From Escherichia coli (GTDB taxonomy: Bacteria; Pseudomonadota; Gammaproteobacteria; Enterobacterales; Enterobacteriaceae), in the NCBI RefSeq assembly GCF_044324785.1, contig NZ_CP172127.1: a DNA stretch of 64,000 nucleotides, one strand, 5' to 3'. Each line of letters starts with the position of its first letter. Positions within the stretch are counted from its first letter, which is position 1. Position numbers and translations under genes: made by a program. Under the pieces are notes generated by a model that had not been told where the DNA came from, ran no database searches, and saw only the letters and a list, made by a program, of their open reading frames with translations. Shown piece after piece: positions 33,712 through 42,935 of the stretch.

Positions 33712-35277
33712 TTATGCTGTTTTGGTGCGAATCAGGTAGTCAAAAGCACTCAGAGAGGCTTTGGCACCTTCGCCAGTGGCGATGATGATCTGCTTGTACG
33801 GAACCGTTGTACAGTCACCCGCTGCGAACACGCCTTTGACGTTGGTTTCGCATTTCGCATCAATGATAATCTCGCCCATGCGGTTACGTTCGACTGCGCC
33901 TTCGAGCCAGTTGGTGTTCGGCAGCAGACCAATCTGCACGAAAATACCGGCCAGTTCGATGTTGTGAATATCGCCGCTGACACGATCGCGATATTCCAGA
34001 CCAACGACTTTGCTGCCGTCGCCTTTCACTTCCGTAGTTTGCGCATTCAGAATAATGTCGACGTTTTTCAGGCTACGTAGTTTGTCCTGTAGAACCTGGT
34101 CGGCTTTCATTTCTGGCGCAAATTCCAGCAGAGTTACGTGCTCAACGATACCCGCCAGGTCGATTGCTGCTTCCACGCCGGAGTTACCGCCGCCGATAAC
34201 CGCTACGCGTTTGCCTTTAAACAGCGGGCCGTCGCAGTGCGGGCAGTAGGTCACGCCTTTGGTGCGATACTGATCTTCGCCCGGAACGTTCATGTTGCGC
34301 CATTTTGCACCGGTCGCCACGATAATGCTGCGTGCTTTCAGTACCGCGCCAGAAGCTGTTTCAATCTGATGCAGGCCACCTTCAACCGCTGCCGGGATCA
34401 GTTTGCTGGCGCTCTGGCTGTCGATCACATCAACGTCGTATTCATCAACGTGAACTTTCAGCGCACCTGCCAGTTTCTGGCCTTCGGTCTTCGGTACAGA
34501 AATGTAGTTTTCGATATCAACAGTATCGAGGATCTGACCACCAAAACGTTCGCCCATCAGACCGGTACGGATGCCTTTACGTGCGGAGTAAATTGCTGCC
34601 GCTGCACCCGCCGGGCCGGAACCAACGATTAATACGTCATAAGCATCACGCTTGTTCAGCTCTTCTGCCGCACGTTTTTCCGCGCCAGTATCAATTTTGG
34701 CGACGATTTCAGTCAACGTCATGCGACCCTGACCAAACTCTTTCCCGTTTACGAACACTGCCGGAACGCCCATCACGTTGCGATCGGTGATTTCGTTCTG
34801 GAAGGTGCCGCCGTCAATTGCAGTGTGCTTGATGCGCGGGTTCAGTACGCTCATCAGGTTCAGCGCCTGCACCACGTCCGGGCAGTTGTGGCAAGAGAGC
34901 GAGTAATAGGTTTCGAATTCAAAATCACCGTCAATATGGCGAATCTGCTCCAGCAGAGACTGCGCTTCTTTCGACGGATGACCACCGGTCCACAACAACG
35001 CCAGTACCAGCGAGGTAAACTCGTGGCCCAGCGGGGAACCTGCAAAACGTGGCCCCTGGTTAGAACCTGGGTTAGTGATCAGGAAAGACGGCTTACGCAC
35101 CGGCAAGCTGTTATCTTCTTTAAAGGTGACTTTGTCTGACAGTTCTGCGATTTCAGCCAACAGTTCCTTGATTTCTGCCGATTTAGCGCTGTCATCCAGC
35201 GTGGCAATTAACTCAACAGGCTTGGTCAATTTCTCAAGGTAAGCCTTGAGTTGAGTTTTCATATTTGTGTCGAGCAT
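33712..35277 (-). CDS. ahpF: Alkyl hydroperoxide reductase subunit F
   Basis: ORF track 33712..35307 trimmed to [10 protein letters not shown] (521 aa); redox Cys pairs CHNC and CPHCDG; FAD/NAD-binding GxGxxG motifs. Confidence 0.95.
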
Positions 35278-35447
35278 GTTTATCTCCTGGGCTTTAAACA
35301 TCATCATGCAAGCGGCCTCTGCGGCTACCTGGATGCAGCTTGCATCATGGTGCGGGGAAGAAAATCGGGTGCCGCAGCACCCGAAGAATTAGGTGAATTT
35401 CCGAAGTATTTCGCGCCGGAGTTGGTAGCGCGAAAGACGAAGGAAAT

Positions 35448-36011
35448 TTAGATTTTACCAACCAGGTCCAGAGACGGAGCCAGAGTTGCTTCACCTTCTT
35501 TCCATTTAGCCGGGCAAACTTCACCTGGGTGAGAAGCTACGTACTGTGCTGCTTTGATTTTACGCAGCAGGTCAGACGCGTCACGGCCAATGCCTTCAGC
35601 GGTAACTTCGATTGCCTGGATGATACCCTGCGGGTCAACAACGAAGGTCGCACGGTCAGCCAGACCTTCATCTTCACGCATGTTGTCGAAGTTACGGGTC
35701 AGGGCGCCAGTCGGGTCGCCGATCATCGCATATTTGATTTTAGCGATGGTTTCAGAGCTGCTGTGCCATGCTTTGTGGGTGAAGTGAGTATCAGTAGATA
35801 CTGCGTATACGTCTACACCCAGTTTCTGCAGTTCTTCGTAGTGGTCAGCAACGTCACCCAGTTCGGTCGGGCATACGAAAGTAAAGTCAGCCGGGTAGAA
35901 GAAGAAGACGCTCCAGCGGCCTTCGGTATCTTTTTCGGTGATTTCGATGAATTCGCCGTTTTTGAATGCCTGGTTTTTAAAAGGTTTAATTTTGGTGTTA
36001 ATCAAGGACAT
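35448..36011 (-). CDS. ahpC: Alkyl hydroperoxide reductase subunit C (2-Cys peroxiredoxin)
   Basis: 187 aa; peroxidatic Cys in FTFVCPTE. Confidence 0.96.
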   Translation of the reverse strand: MSLINTKIKPFKNQAFKNGEFIEITEKDTEGRWSVFFFYPADFTFVCPTELGDVADHYEELQKLGVDVYAVSTDTHFTHKAWHSSSETIAKIKYAMIGDPTGALTRNFDNMREDEGLADRATFVVDPQGIIQAIEVTAEGIGRDASDLLRKIKAAQYVASHPGEVCPAKWKEGEATLAPSLDLVGKI

Positions 36012-36382
36012 CTATACTTCCTCCGTGTTTTCGATGAGATGTAAGGTAACCAATTTTTGCCGATTCGGCTAATGCGTTTCCATTATCAAATCGATAAGTT
36101 TTACCTTACAACCTTCGTAAGACAACTTTGTGAACTTTGCACCGCCAGCGGCGATAAAAAGTAAAATGGCCCCCTTTCCAGGTGACCGTGTAATCTGAAC
36201 TACCCTTTGGTATCTTCAGCGCCTGCCTGCAGGCTGAGGTGTTGCCCTTACAAAGGCAACAACGACATGGATTACAACACCCTCATAAACAAAGGGCAAT
36301 CACCTGATCTAAGCTCTTACCTATGACAGTGATAGGTTATGCCTTTTACCCGACTTTTGCACTGACTGAAAAGGACAAATTA
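36012..36382. promoter_or_regulatory. Divergent ahpC / dsbG control region; OxyR site expected but not pinpointed
   Basis: 371-bp spacer between divergent genes; ahpCF and dsbG are OxyR-regulated in E. coli; I cannot place the operator by eye. Confidence 0.4.
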
Positions 36383-37129
36383 ATGTTAAAAAAGATACTT
36401 TTACTGGCTCTGCTTCCTGCAATCGCCTTCGCAGAGGAACTTCCTGCTCCAGTAAAAGCGATTGAAAAACAGGGCATTACAATCATCAAAACGTTCGATG
36501 CCCCCGGAGGAATGAAAGGTTATCTCGGAAAGTATCAGGATATGGGCGTCACCATCTACCTGACTCCAGATGGTAAGCACGCTATCTCTGGTTACATGTA
36601 CAACGAGAAAGGTGAAAACCTGAGTAACACACTTATCGAAAAAGAAATTTACGCACCAGCCGGACGCGAAATGTGGCAACGGATGGAACAATCCCACTGG
36701 CTCCTCGACGGTAAAAAAGATGCGCCGGTCATTGTCTACGTTTTCGCCGATCCGTTCTGCCCATATTGTAAACAGTTCTGGCAGCAGGCGCGCCCGTGGG
36801 TAGATTCTGGCAAAGTGCAATTAAGAACATTGTTGGTTGGCGTTATCAAGCCAGAAAGCCCGGCGACAGCAGCGGCAATTCTTGCCTCCAAAGATCCCGC
36901 AAAAACCTGGCAAGAATATGAAGCCTCTGGTGGCAAGCTTAAGCTAAACGTGCCTGCAAACGTAAGTACAGAGCAAATGAAAGTGTTAAGCGACAACGAA
37001 AAACTCATGGACGATCTGGGGGCAAATGTCACACCAGCTATCTATTACATGAGTAAGGAAAATACACTGCAACAGGCCGTGGGGTTGCCCGATCAGAAAA
37101 CGCTTAATATCATTATGGGGAATAAATAA
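36383..37129 (+). CDS. dsbG: Periplasmic thiol:disulfide oxidoreductase DsbG
   Basis: ORF track 36323..37129 trimmed to [10 protein letters not shown] (248 aa); signal peptide; CPYC active site. Confidence 0.93.
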
Positions 37130-37336
37130 AAGATAATTCATGGATGGTTGAAATATATCCCTATTTTTCAACCATCCTAAAAAAGCATGAATTGCTCGCT
37201 CTGCCCTAAGTGGCTGTGCTATTTTAGAAAAACTTAATTCTGAATTAAGCAAAAAAACATAATACAAATAAATACAACAGCAACATTATTGATCAAGTGA
37301 ATGATTTATAGAAGAGATAATATAACGGAGTATGTT

Positions 37337-38239
37337 ATGGCGAATCTTTATGACCTAAAAAAATTTGATCTGAATTTACTGGTCATATTTGAGTGTATTT
37401 ATCAACATCTCAGCATTAGTAAAGCGGCAGAATCATTATATATAACGCCCTCTGCTGTTAGTCAGTCGTTACAACGTTTACGTGCGCAATTTAATGACCC
37501 GTTATTCATTCGCTCAGGGAAAGGTATCGCGCCGACTACGACAGGGTTAAATCTGCATCATCATCTTGAGAAAAATCTCAGAGGCATTGAACAAACGATC
37601 AATATTGTTAATAAGTCTGAGCTAAAGAAAAATTTTATTATCTACGGTCCTCAGCTTATTTCTTGTACTAATAACAACATGCTAATCCGCTGTCTTAGAC
37701 AAGATACTTCAATCGATATAGAATGCCATGACATACTGCTTTCAGCTGAAAATGCCGAAGAACTGTTGGTTCAACGCAAAACTGACCTGGCAATTACACT
37801 ACAACCAGTAATTAGCCGCTCTGTCATCTGCATGCCGTTACATACTATTCGCAATTCTCTTATATGTAGCAACAAACATCCTCGTATTACCGATACCAGT
37901 AACTATGAACAAATTATCGCCGAAGAATTCACCTTGTTGATATCTAAATCAGCAGGGATTGACGAAATTCAAATGGACATAGATGAACGTTTTATGAACC
38001 GTAAAGTTTCATTTCGCAGTTCTTCTTTGTTGACGATAATTAATAGTATTTCTGTTACTGACTTATTGGGCATTGTGCCCACCGAACTGTACGATTTACA
38101 TCGTGATTTTTTGAAGTTACAAGAGATAAAACTGGAACGACCACTTCCTGCGGTTAAACTTTATATTTCCTATAACAAGGCTTCGTTGAACAACCTTGTC
38201 TTCTCACGATTCATAGATCGTTTAAATGATAGCTTCTGA
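37337..38239 (+). CDS. ybdO: LysR-family transcriptional regulator YbdO
   Basis: ORF track 37301..38239 trimmed to MANLYDLKKFD (300 aa); HTH; AT-rich, low-GC coding sequence. Confidence 0.88.
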   Translation: MANLYDLKKFDLNLLVIFECIYQHLSISKAAESLYITPSAVSQSLQRLRAQFNDPLFIRSGKGIAPTTTGLNLHHHLEKNLRGIEQTINIVNKSELKKNFIIYGPQLISCTNNNMLIRCLRQDTSIDIECHDILLSAENAEELLVQRKTDLAITLQPVISRSVICMPLHTIRNSLICSNKHPRITDTSNYEQIIAEEFTLLISKSAGIDEIQMDIDERFMNRKVSFRSSSLLTIINSISVTDLLGIVPTELYDLHRDFLKLQEIKLERPLPAVKLYISYNKASLNNLVFSRFIDRLNDSF

Positions 38240-38385
38240 TTTATTACCACGGATAAATGTTATATTACGCATCAATTGATTCATTGTGTGAATATAAAAT
38301 AATGTGCTCTATCTTGCTTCGTTTACCCTATAATTAGCGGATTCATCTCACGAGTCGCCCCGTAACGTTCAGAGAGCGTTTTCAG

Positions 38386-39606
38386 ATGTCTATTTATAAA
38401 ATCCCGCTTCCACTGAATATTCTGGAAGCTGCAAAAGAACGTATTACCTGGACACTTAACACCCTACCCCGCGTCTGCGTTTCTTTTTCGGGTGGTAAAG
38501 ATTCCGGATTAATGCTGCATCTGACCGCCGAACTTGCCCGACAAATGGGCAAAAAAATTTGTGTTTTATTTATCGACTGGGAAGCTCAGTTCTCTTGCAC
38601 CATTAACTATGTTCAGTCCCTGCGCGAGTTGTACACCGATGTCATCGAAGAGTTTTACTGGGTTGCGCTCCCGCTTACAACGCAAAATTCCCTATCACAA
38701 TACCAACCCGAATGGCAGTGCTGGGAACCTGATGTCGAATGGGTACGTCAGCCCCCGCAAGATGCGATAACCGATCCTGACTTTTTCTCCTTTTACCAGC
38801 CTGGCATGACCTTCGAACAATTTGTGCGTGAGTTTGCCGAATGGTTTTCGCAAAAACGTCCGGCGGCGATGATGATCGGCATCCGTGCGGATGAGTCCTA
38901 CAACCGTTTTGTCGCCATCGCCAGTTTAAATAAACAACGTTTTGCCGATGATAAGCCCTGGACTACTGCCGCACCAGGCGGTCATAGCTGGTACATTTAC
39001 CCCATCTACGACTGGAAAGTCGCTGATATCTGGACCTGGTATGCTAACAATCAACAGCTCTGTAACCCACTGTATAATATAATGTATCAGGCAGGCGTCC
39101 CTCTGCGCCATATGCGAATTTGCGAACCTTTTGGCCCGGAGCAACGACAAGGATTATGGCTCTATCACGTTATCGAACCGGATCGCTGGGCTGCTATGTG
39201 CGCACGAGTCAGCGGGGTAAAAAGTGGCGGCATTTACGCCGGACATGACAACCATTTTTATGGTCATCGGAAAATCCTCAAGCCCGAACATTTAGACTGG
39301 CAGGAGTATGCATTATTGCTACTCAACAGCATGCCGGAGAAAACAGCTGAGCATTATCGCAATAAAATCGCCATTTATTTGCACTGGTATCAGAAAAAAG
39401 GCATCGAGGTTCCACAAACCCAGCAAGGGGACATTGGCGCGAAAGATATCCCCTCCTGGCGGCGAATATGCAAAGTTTTACTCAATAACGATTACTGGTG
39501 TCGGGCATTATCATTTAGCCCGACCAAAGCGAAGAACTATCAGCGTTATAACGAACGAATAAAAGGAAAACGTCAGGAATGGGGGATACTATGCAACAAC
39601 GATTAA
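38386..39606 (+). CDS. ybdN: PAPS-reductase-like PP-loop ATP pyrophosphatase fused to a DUF3440-type C-terminal domain (IbrA-like)
   Basis: 406 aa; PP-loop motif SFSGGKDS near the N-terminus. Confidence 0.9.
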   Translation: MSIYKIPLPLNILEAAKERITWTLNTLPRVCVSFSGGKDSGLMLHLTAELARQMGKKICVLFIDWEAQFSCTINYVQSLRELYTDVIEEFYWVALPLTTQNSLSQYQPEWQCWEPDVEWVRQPPQDAITDPDFFSFYQPGMTFEQFVREFAEWFSQKRPAAMMIGIRADESYNRFVAIASLNKQRFADDKPWTTAAPGGHSWYIYPIYDWKVADIWTWYANNQQLCNPLYNIMYQAGVPLRHMRICEPFGPEQRQGLWLYHVIEPDRWAAMCARVSGVKSGGIYAGHDNHFYGHRKILKPEHLDWQEYALLLLNSMPEKTAEHYRNKIAIYLHWYQKKGIEVPQTQQGDIGAKDIPSWRRICKVLLNNDYWCRALSFSPTKAKNYQRYNERIKGKRQEWGILCNND

Positions 39607-40208
39607 CGCAGGATTTAACCCAATTTCTCGCCAGCTTGCCGGAAGACGATCGCATCAAAGCGATTAATGAAATCCGCATGGCGATCCATAAGGTCAGTCC
39701 TTTTCGTGAAGAGCCGGTGGATTGTGTTTTGTGGGTGAAAAATAGCCAGCTCGTGCCGAATGATTACAATCCCAATAATGTGGCACCACCAGAGAAGAAA
39801 CTGCTGCAAAAATCCATTGAAATAGATGGCTTTACGCAACCCATTGTGGTCACGCATACAGATAAAAATGCCCTGGAAATTGTTGATGGTTTTCACCGCC
39901 ATGAAATAGGTAAAGGCTTATCATCGTTAAAATTACGCTTAAAAGGTTATTTGCCAGTAACCTGTCTGGAAGGTACACGTAATCAACGCATCGCCGCGAC
40001 TATTCGTCATAACCGCGCCCGTGGTCGCCATCAAATCACTGCCATGTCCGAAATTGTTCGTGAACTCAGCCAGTTGGGATGGGACGATCATAAAATCGGC
40101 AAAGAGCTGGGAATGGACAGCGACGAGGTGCTGCGCTTGAAACAAATTAACGGCCTGCAAGAACTGTTTGCCGACCGTCAATATTCCCGCGCCTGGACGG
40201 TTAAATAA
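39579..40208 (+). CDS. ybdM: ParB/sulfiredoxin-like nuclease-domain protein (IbrB-like)
   Basis: 209 aa; 28-nt overlap with ybdN suggests translational coupling. Confidence 0.88.
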   Translation: MGDTMQQRLTQDLTQFLASLPEDDRIKAINEIRMAIHKVSPFREEPVDCVLWVKNSQLVPNDYNPNNVAPPEKKLLQKSIEIDGFTQPIVVTHTDKNALEIVDGFHRHEIGKGLSSLKLRLKGYLPVTCLEGTRNQRIAATIRHNRARGRHQITAMSEIVRELSQLGWDDHKIGKELGMDSDEVLRLKQINGLQELFADRQYSRAWTVK

Positions 40209-41369
40209 CTACAGCTGGCGCAGGCGTTCAGCGGCAGCCAGCAACGTCGATTCCTTCTTGGCAAAACAGAGACGAATCAGTTTATGGGGGAAGGGATCGG
40301 CGCAAAACACCGACAGCGGGATCGCCGCTACGCCGTGCTCCCGCGTCAGCCACTGGCAAAACTCAACATCATCCAGCGTAGACACGGCGCTGTAATCCAC
40401 CAGCAAAAAGTATGTACCTTCGCACGGTAAAATCTCCAGCCGGCTTTCATTTAAAGCATTCACCAGAATATCGCGCTTCTGGCGATAAAAGTCCGGTAAC
40501 GCAAGATAATGCTCAGGTTCTGCACGTAGCATATCGGCAAGTGCCAGCTGTGCCGGGGTATTCACCGAAAAGGTCAGATACTGATGTACCTTGCGAATTT
40601 CGGCACTGATGGGCGCTGGCGCAACGCAATAACCCACTTTCCAGCCGGTCATATGATAGGTCTTGCCAAATGAAGAAACTGCCACCGCCCGCTCACGCAG
40701 CTGCGGATGCGCCAGCACGCTGGCATGGCCCTGTTGTGAAAAGTTGATGTGCTCGTAGACTTCATCGCTAATGACAAAAATCTCGTGCCCGCCGATCGCC
40801 TGCCACAGAGCGGAGAAATCAGCCTGCTGCCAGACAGTTGCACTGGGGTTATGCGGGGTGTTGAGGATCACCAGTCGGGTGCGCTCGCTTAACAATGCGG
40901 CAAATTCCTGCCAGTCCACGCGAAAATGCGGTGGTTGCAGTGCCATACGTTTCACTATTCCCCCCGAAAGCGCGATGGCGGGCGCGTAACTGTCATAGCT
41001 GGGATCAAAGCAGATCACTTCATCACCATTGCGCACCAATGCGGTAATCGCTGCATATAACGCTTCCGTCGCCCCTGCCGTTACGGTGATATCGCTATCG
41101 GCATCCGGTTGATAGCCATACAGACGTTCCGTTTTCTGAGCAATCGCCTCGCGCAAGGCCTGCACGCCAGTCATAGGCGCGTATTGGTTTGCCCCTTGGT
41201 CAACATGGTACGCCAGCCGCTCCTGCAAATAGCGCGGACCATCAAAATCAGGAAAGCCTTGCGACAGGTTAATCGCCTGGTGTTGCTGCGCCAGCGCGCT
41301 CATCTGGGTGAAAATAGTGGTGCCAAGTTGTGGAAGTTTGCTTTGTGGAATCAGAGGGTTATTTGTCAT
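40209..41369 (-). CDS. ybdL: PLP-dependent methionine aminotransferase YbdL
   Basis: ORF track 40209..41405 trimmed to MTNNPLIPQS (386 aa); fold-type I aminotransferase with Lys in SFGKTY. Confidence 0.92.
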   Translation of the reverse strand: MTNNPLIPQSKLPQLGTTIFTQMSALAQQHQAINLSQGFPDFDGPRYLQERLAYHVDQGANQYAPMTGVQALREAIAQKTERLYGYQPDADSDITVTAGATEALYAAITALVRNGDEVICFDPSYDSYAPAIALSGGIVKRMALQPPHFRVDWQEFAALLSERTRLVILNTPHNPSATVWQQADFSALWQAIGGHEIFVISDEVYEHINFSQQGHASVLAHPQLRERAVAVSSFGKTYHMTGWKVGYCVAPAPISAEIRKVHQYLTFSVNTPAQLALADMLRAEPEHYLALPDFYRQKRDILVNALNESRLEILPCEGTYFLLVDYSAVSTLDDVEFCQWLTREHGVAAIPLSVFCADPFPHKLIRLCFAKKESTLLAAAERLRQL

Positions 41370-41476
41370 TTTTTGTTGTGCCTGACGAAGTTGTGTTGAA
41401 GGCACTATAACACGATGCTAGTATTTGGCAATCAAGACGTTTAGATGTCTAAATAAAACAATAAGGACAACACAAC

Positions 41477-42565
41477 ATGCCTCACAATCCTATCCGCGTG
41501 GTCGTCGGCCCGGCTAACTACTTTTCACATCCAGGAAGTTTCAATCACCTGCATGATTTTTTCACTGATGAACAACTTTCTCGCGCGGTGTGGGTCTACG
41601 GCGAACGCGCCATTGCTGCGGCGCAAACCAAACTTCCGCCAGCGTTTGAACTGCCAGGGGCAAAGCATATTTTGTTTCGCGGTCATTGCAGCGAAAGCGA
41701 TGTACAGAAACTGGCGGCTGACTCCGGTGACGACCGCAGCGTGGTGATTGGCGTCGGCGGCGGCGCACTGCTCGACACCGCGAAAGCCCTCGCCCGCCGT
41801 CTCGGTCTGCCGTTTGTTGCCGTTCCGACGATCGCCGCTACCTGCGCCGCCTGGACACCGCTCTCTGTCTGGTATAACGATGCCGGACAGGCGCTGCATT
41901 ATGAGATTTTCGACGACGCCAATTTTATGGTGCTGGTGGAACCGGAGATTATCCTCAATGCGCCGCAAGAATATCTGCTGGCGGGGATCGGTGACACGCT
42001 GGCGAAATGGTATGAAGCGGTGGTGCTGGCCCCGCAACCAGAAACGTTGCCGTTAACCGTGCGCCTGGGGATTAATAACGCGCAGGCCATTCGCGACGTC
42101 TTGTTAAACAATAGCGAACAGGCGCTTGCCGATCAGCAAAATCAACAGTTAACGCAATCATTTTGCGATGTGGTGGATGCGATTATCGCCGGAGGTGGAA
42201 TGGTCGGTGGTCTGGGCGATCGTTTTACGCGTGTGGCGGCGGCCCATGCCGTGCATAACGGTCTGACCGTGCTGCCGCAAACCGAGAAGTTTCTTCACGG
42301 TACCAAAGTCGCCTACGGAATTCTGGTGCAAAGCGCCTTGCTGGGTCAGGATGATGTGCTGGCACAATTAACCGGGGCGTATCAGCGTTTTCATCTGCCG
42401 ACTACGCTGGCGGAGCTGGAAGTGGATATCAATAATCAGGCGGAGATCGACAAAGTGATTGCCCACACCTTACGTCCGGTGGAATCCATTCATTACCTGC
42501 CAGTCACGCTGACACCAGATACGTTACGTGCAGCGTTCGAAAAAGTGGAATCGTTTAAAGCCTGA
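41477..42565 (+). CDS. ybdH: Iron-containing alcohol / hydroxycarboxylate dehydrogenase YbdH
   Basis: 362 aa; GVGGGALLDTAKA NAD-binding motif of the Fe-ADH / glycerol dehydrogenase family. Confidence 0.9.
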   Translation: MPHNPIRVVVGPANYFSHPGSFNHLHDFFTDEQLSRAVWVYGERAIAAAQTKLPPAFELPGAKHILFRGHCSESDVQKLAADSGDDRSVVIGVGGGALLDTAKALARRLGLPFVAVPTIAATCAAWTPLSVWYNDAGQALHYEIFDDANFMVLVEPEIILNAPQEYLLAGIGDTLAKWYEAVVLAPQPETLPLTVRLGINNAQAIRDVLLNNSEQALADQQNQQLTQSFCDVVDAIIAGGGMVGGLGDRFTRVAAAHAVHNGLTVLPQTEKFLHGTKVAYGILVQSALLGQDDVLAQLTGAYQRFHLPTTLAELEVDINNQAEIDKVIAHTLRPVESIHYLPVTLTPDTLRAAFEKVESFKA

Positions 42566-42574
42566 CGTACATAT

Positions 42575-42772
42575 TTAGCAGCAGCGCGCGCCGCCTTTTC
42601 CACCGTAGCGCGCGTCCTGCCGCTCACGGAAAAACTCCTCGTAGGTCATCGGCGTTTGATCGGGATGGTTTACCCGCATATGTTCGACATAGTTGTCGTA
42701 ATCAGGCATACCAATCATCAGCTTCGCCGCCTGACCTAAATATTTTCCGGCTTTTGCCAGTGAATCAAACAT
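42575..42772 (-). CDS. ybdD: DUF466 small protein YbdD (CstA partner)
   Basis: ORF track 66 aa; 65 aa from the second Met; C-terminal CC. Confidence 0.85.
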   Translation of the reverse strand: MFDSLAKAGKYLGQAAKLMIGMPDYDNYVEHMRVNHPDQTPMTYEEFFRERQDARYGGKGGARCC

Positions 42773-42789
42773 CAATACCTCCGGTAAAC

Positions 42790-42935
42790 AGGTTGCTGAT
42801 AGAGTGCATTAATAGCTATCAACGCGCTCGGTCAGTCCCCTCGCCCCACCGGGGAGAGGGTTAGGGTGAGGGGGAACCCTCGGCACCATGCCAACTTTCG
42901 CCAACATTCGCCAACATTCCCCCCTCACTCTGACT
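42790..42935. repeat. Structured GC-rich palindromic element plus tandem direct repeats between ybdD and cstA
   Basis: CCCTCGCCCC-acc-GGGGAGAGGG hairpin, adjacent GGGTGAGGGGGAACCCTC, and tandem TTCGCCAACA repeated about 2.5 times. Confidence 0.5.

Noticed and set aside
35278-35447. GC-rich partial palindromes in the ahpC-ahpF spacer as a possible REP element
   Set aside because: They do not match the REP consensus and the arms pair imperfectly; more likely the internal ahpF promoter or attenuator region.
37142-37176. Hairpin after dsbG as an intrinsic terminator
   Set aside because: GGATGGTTGAAA...TTTCAACCATCC forms a good stem but is followed by an A-run rather than a T-run on the plus strand, so I did not list it as a feature.
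42890-42925. Tandem TTCGCCAACA repeats as a possible CRISPR or minisatellite
   Set aside because: Only about 2.5 copies of a 10-mer with no spacers of CRISPR size and no cas genes; treated as part of the ybdD-cstA structured element.
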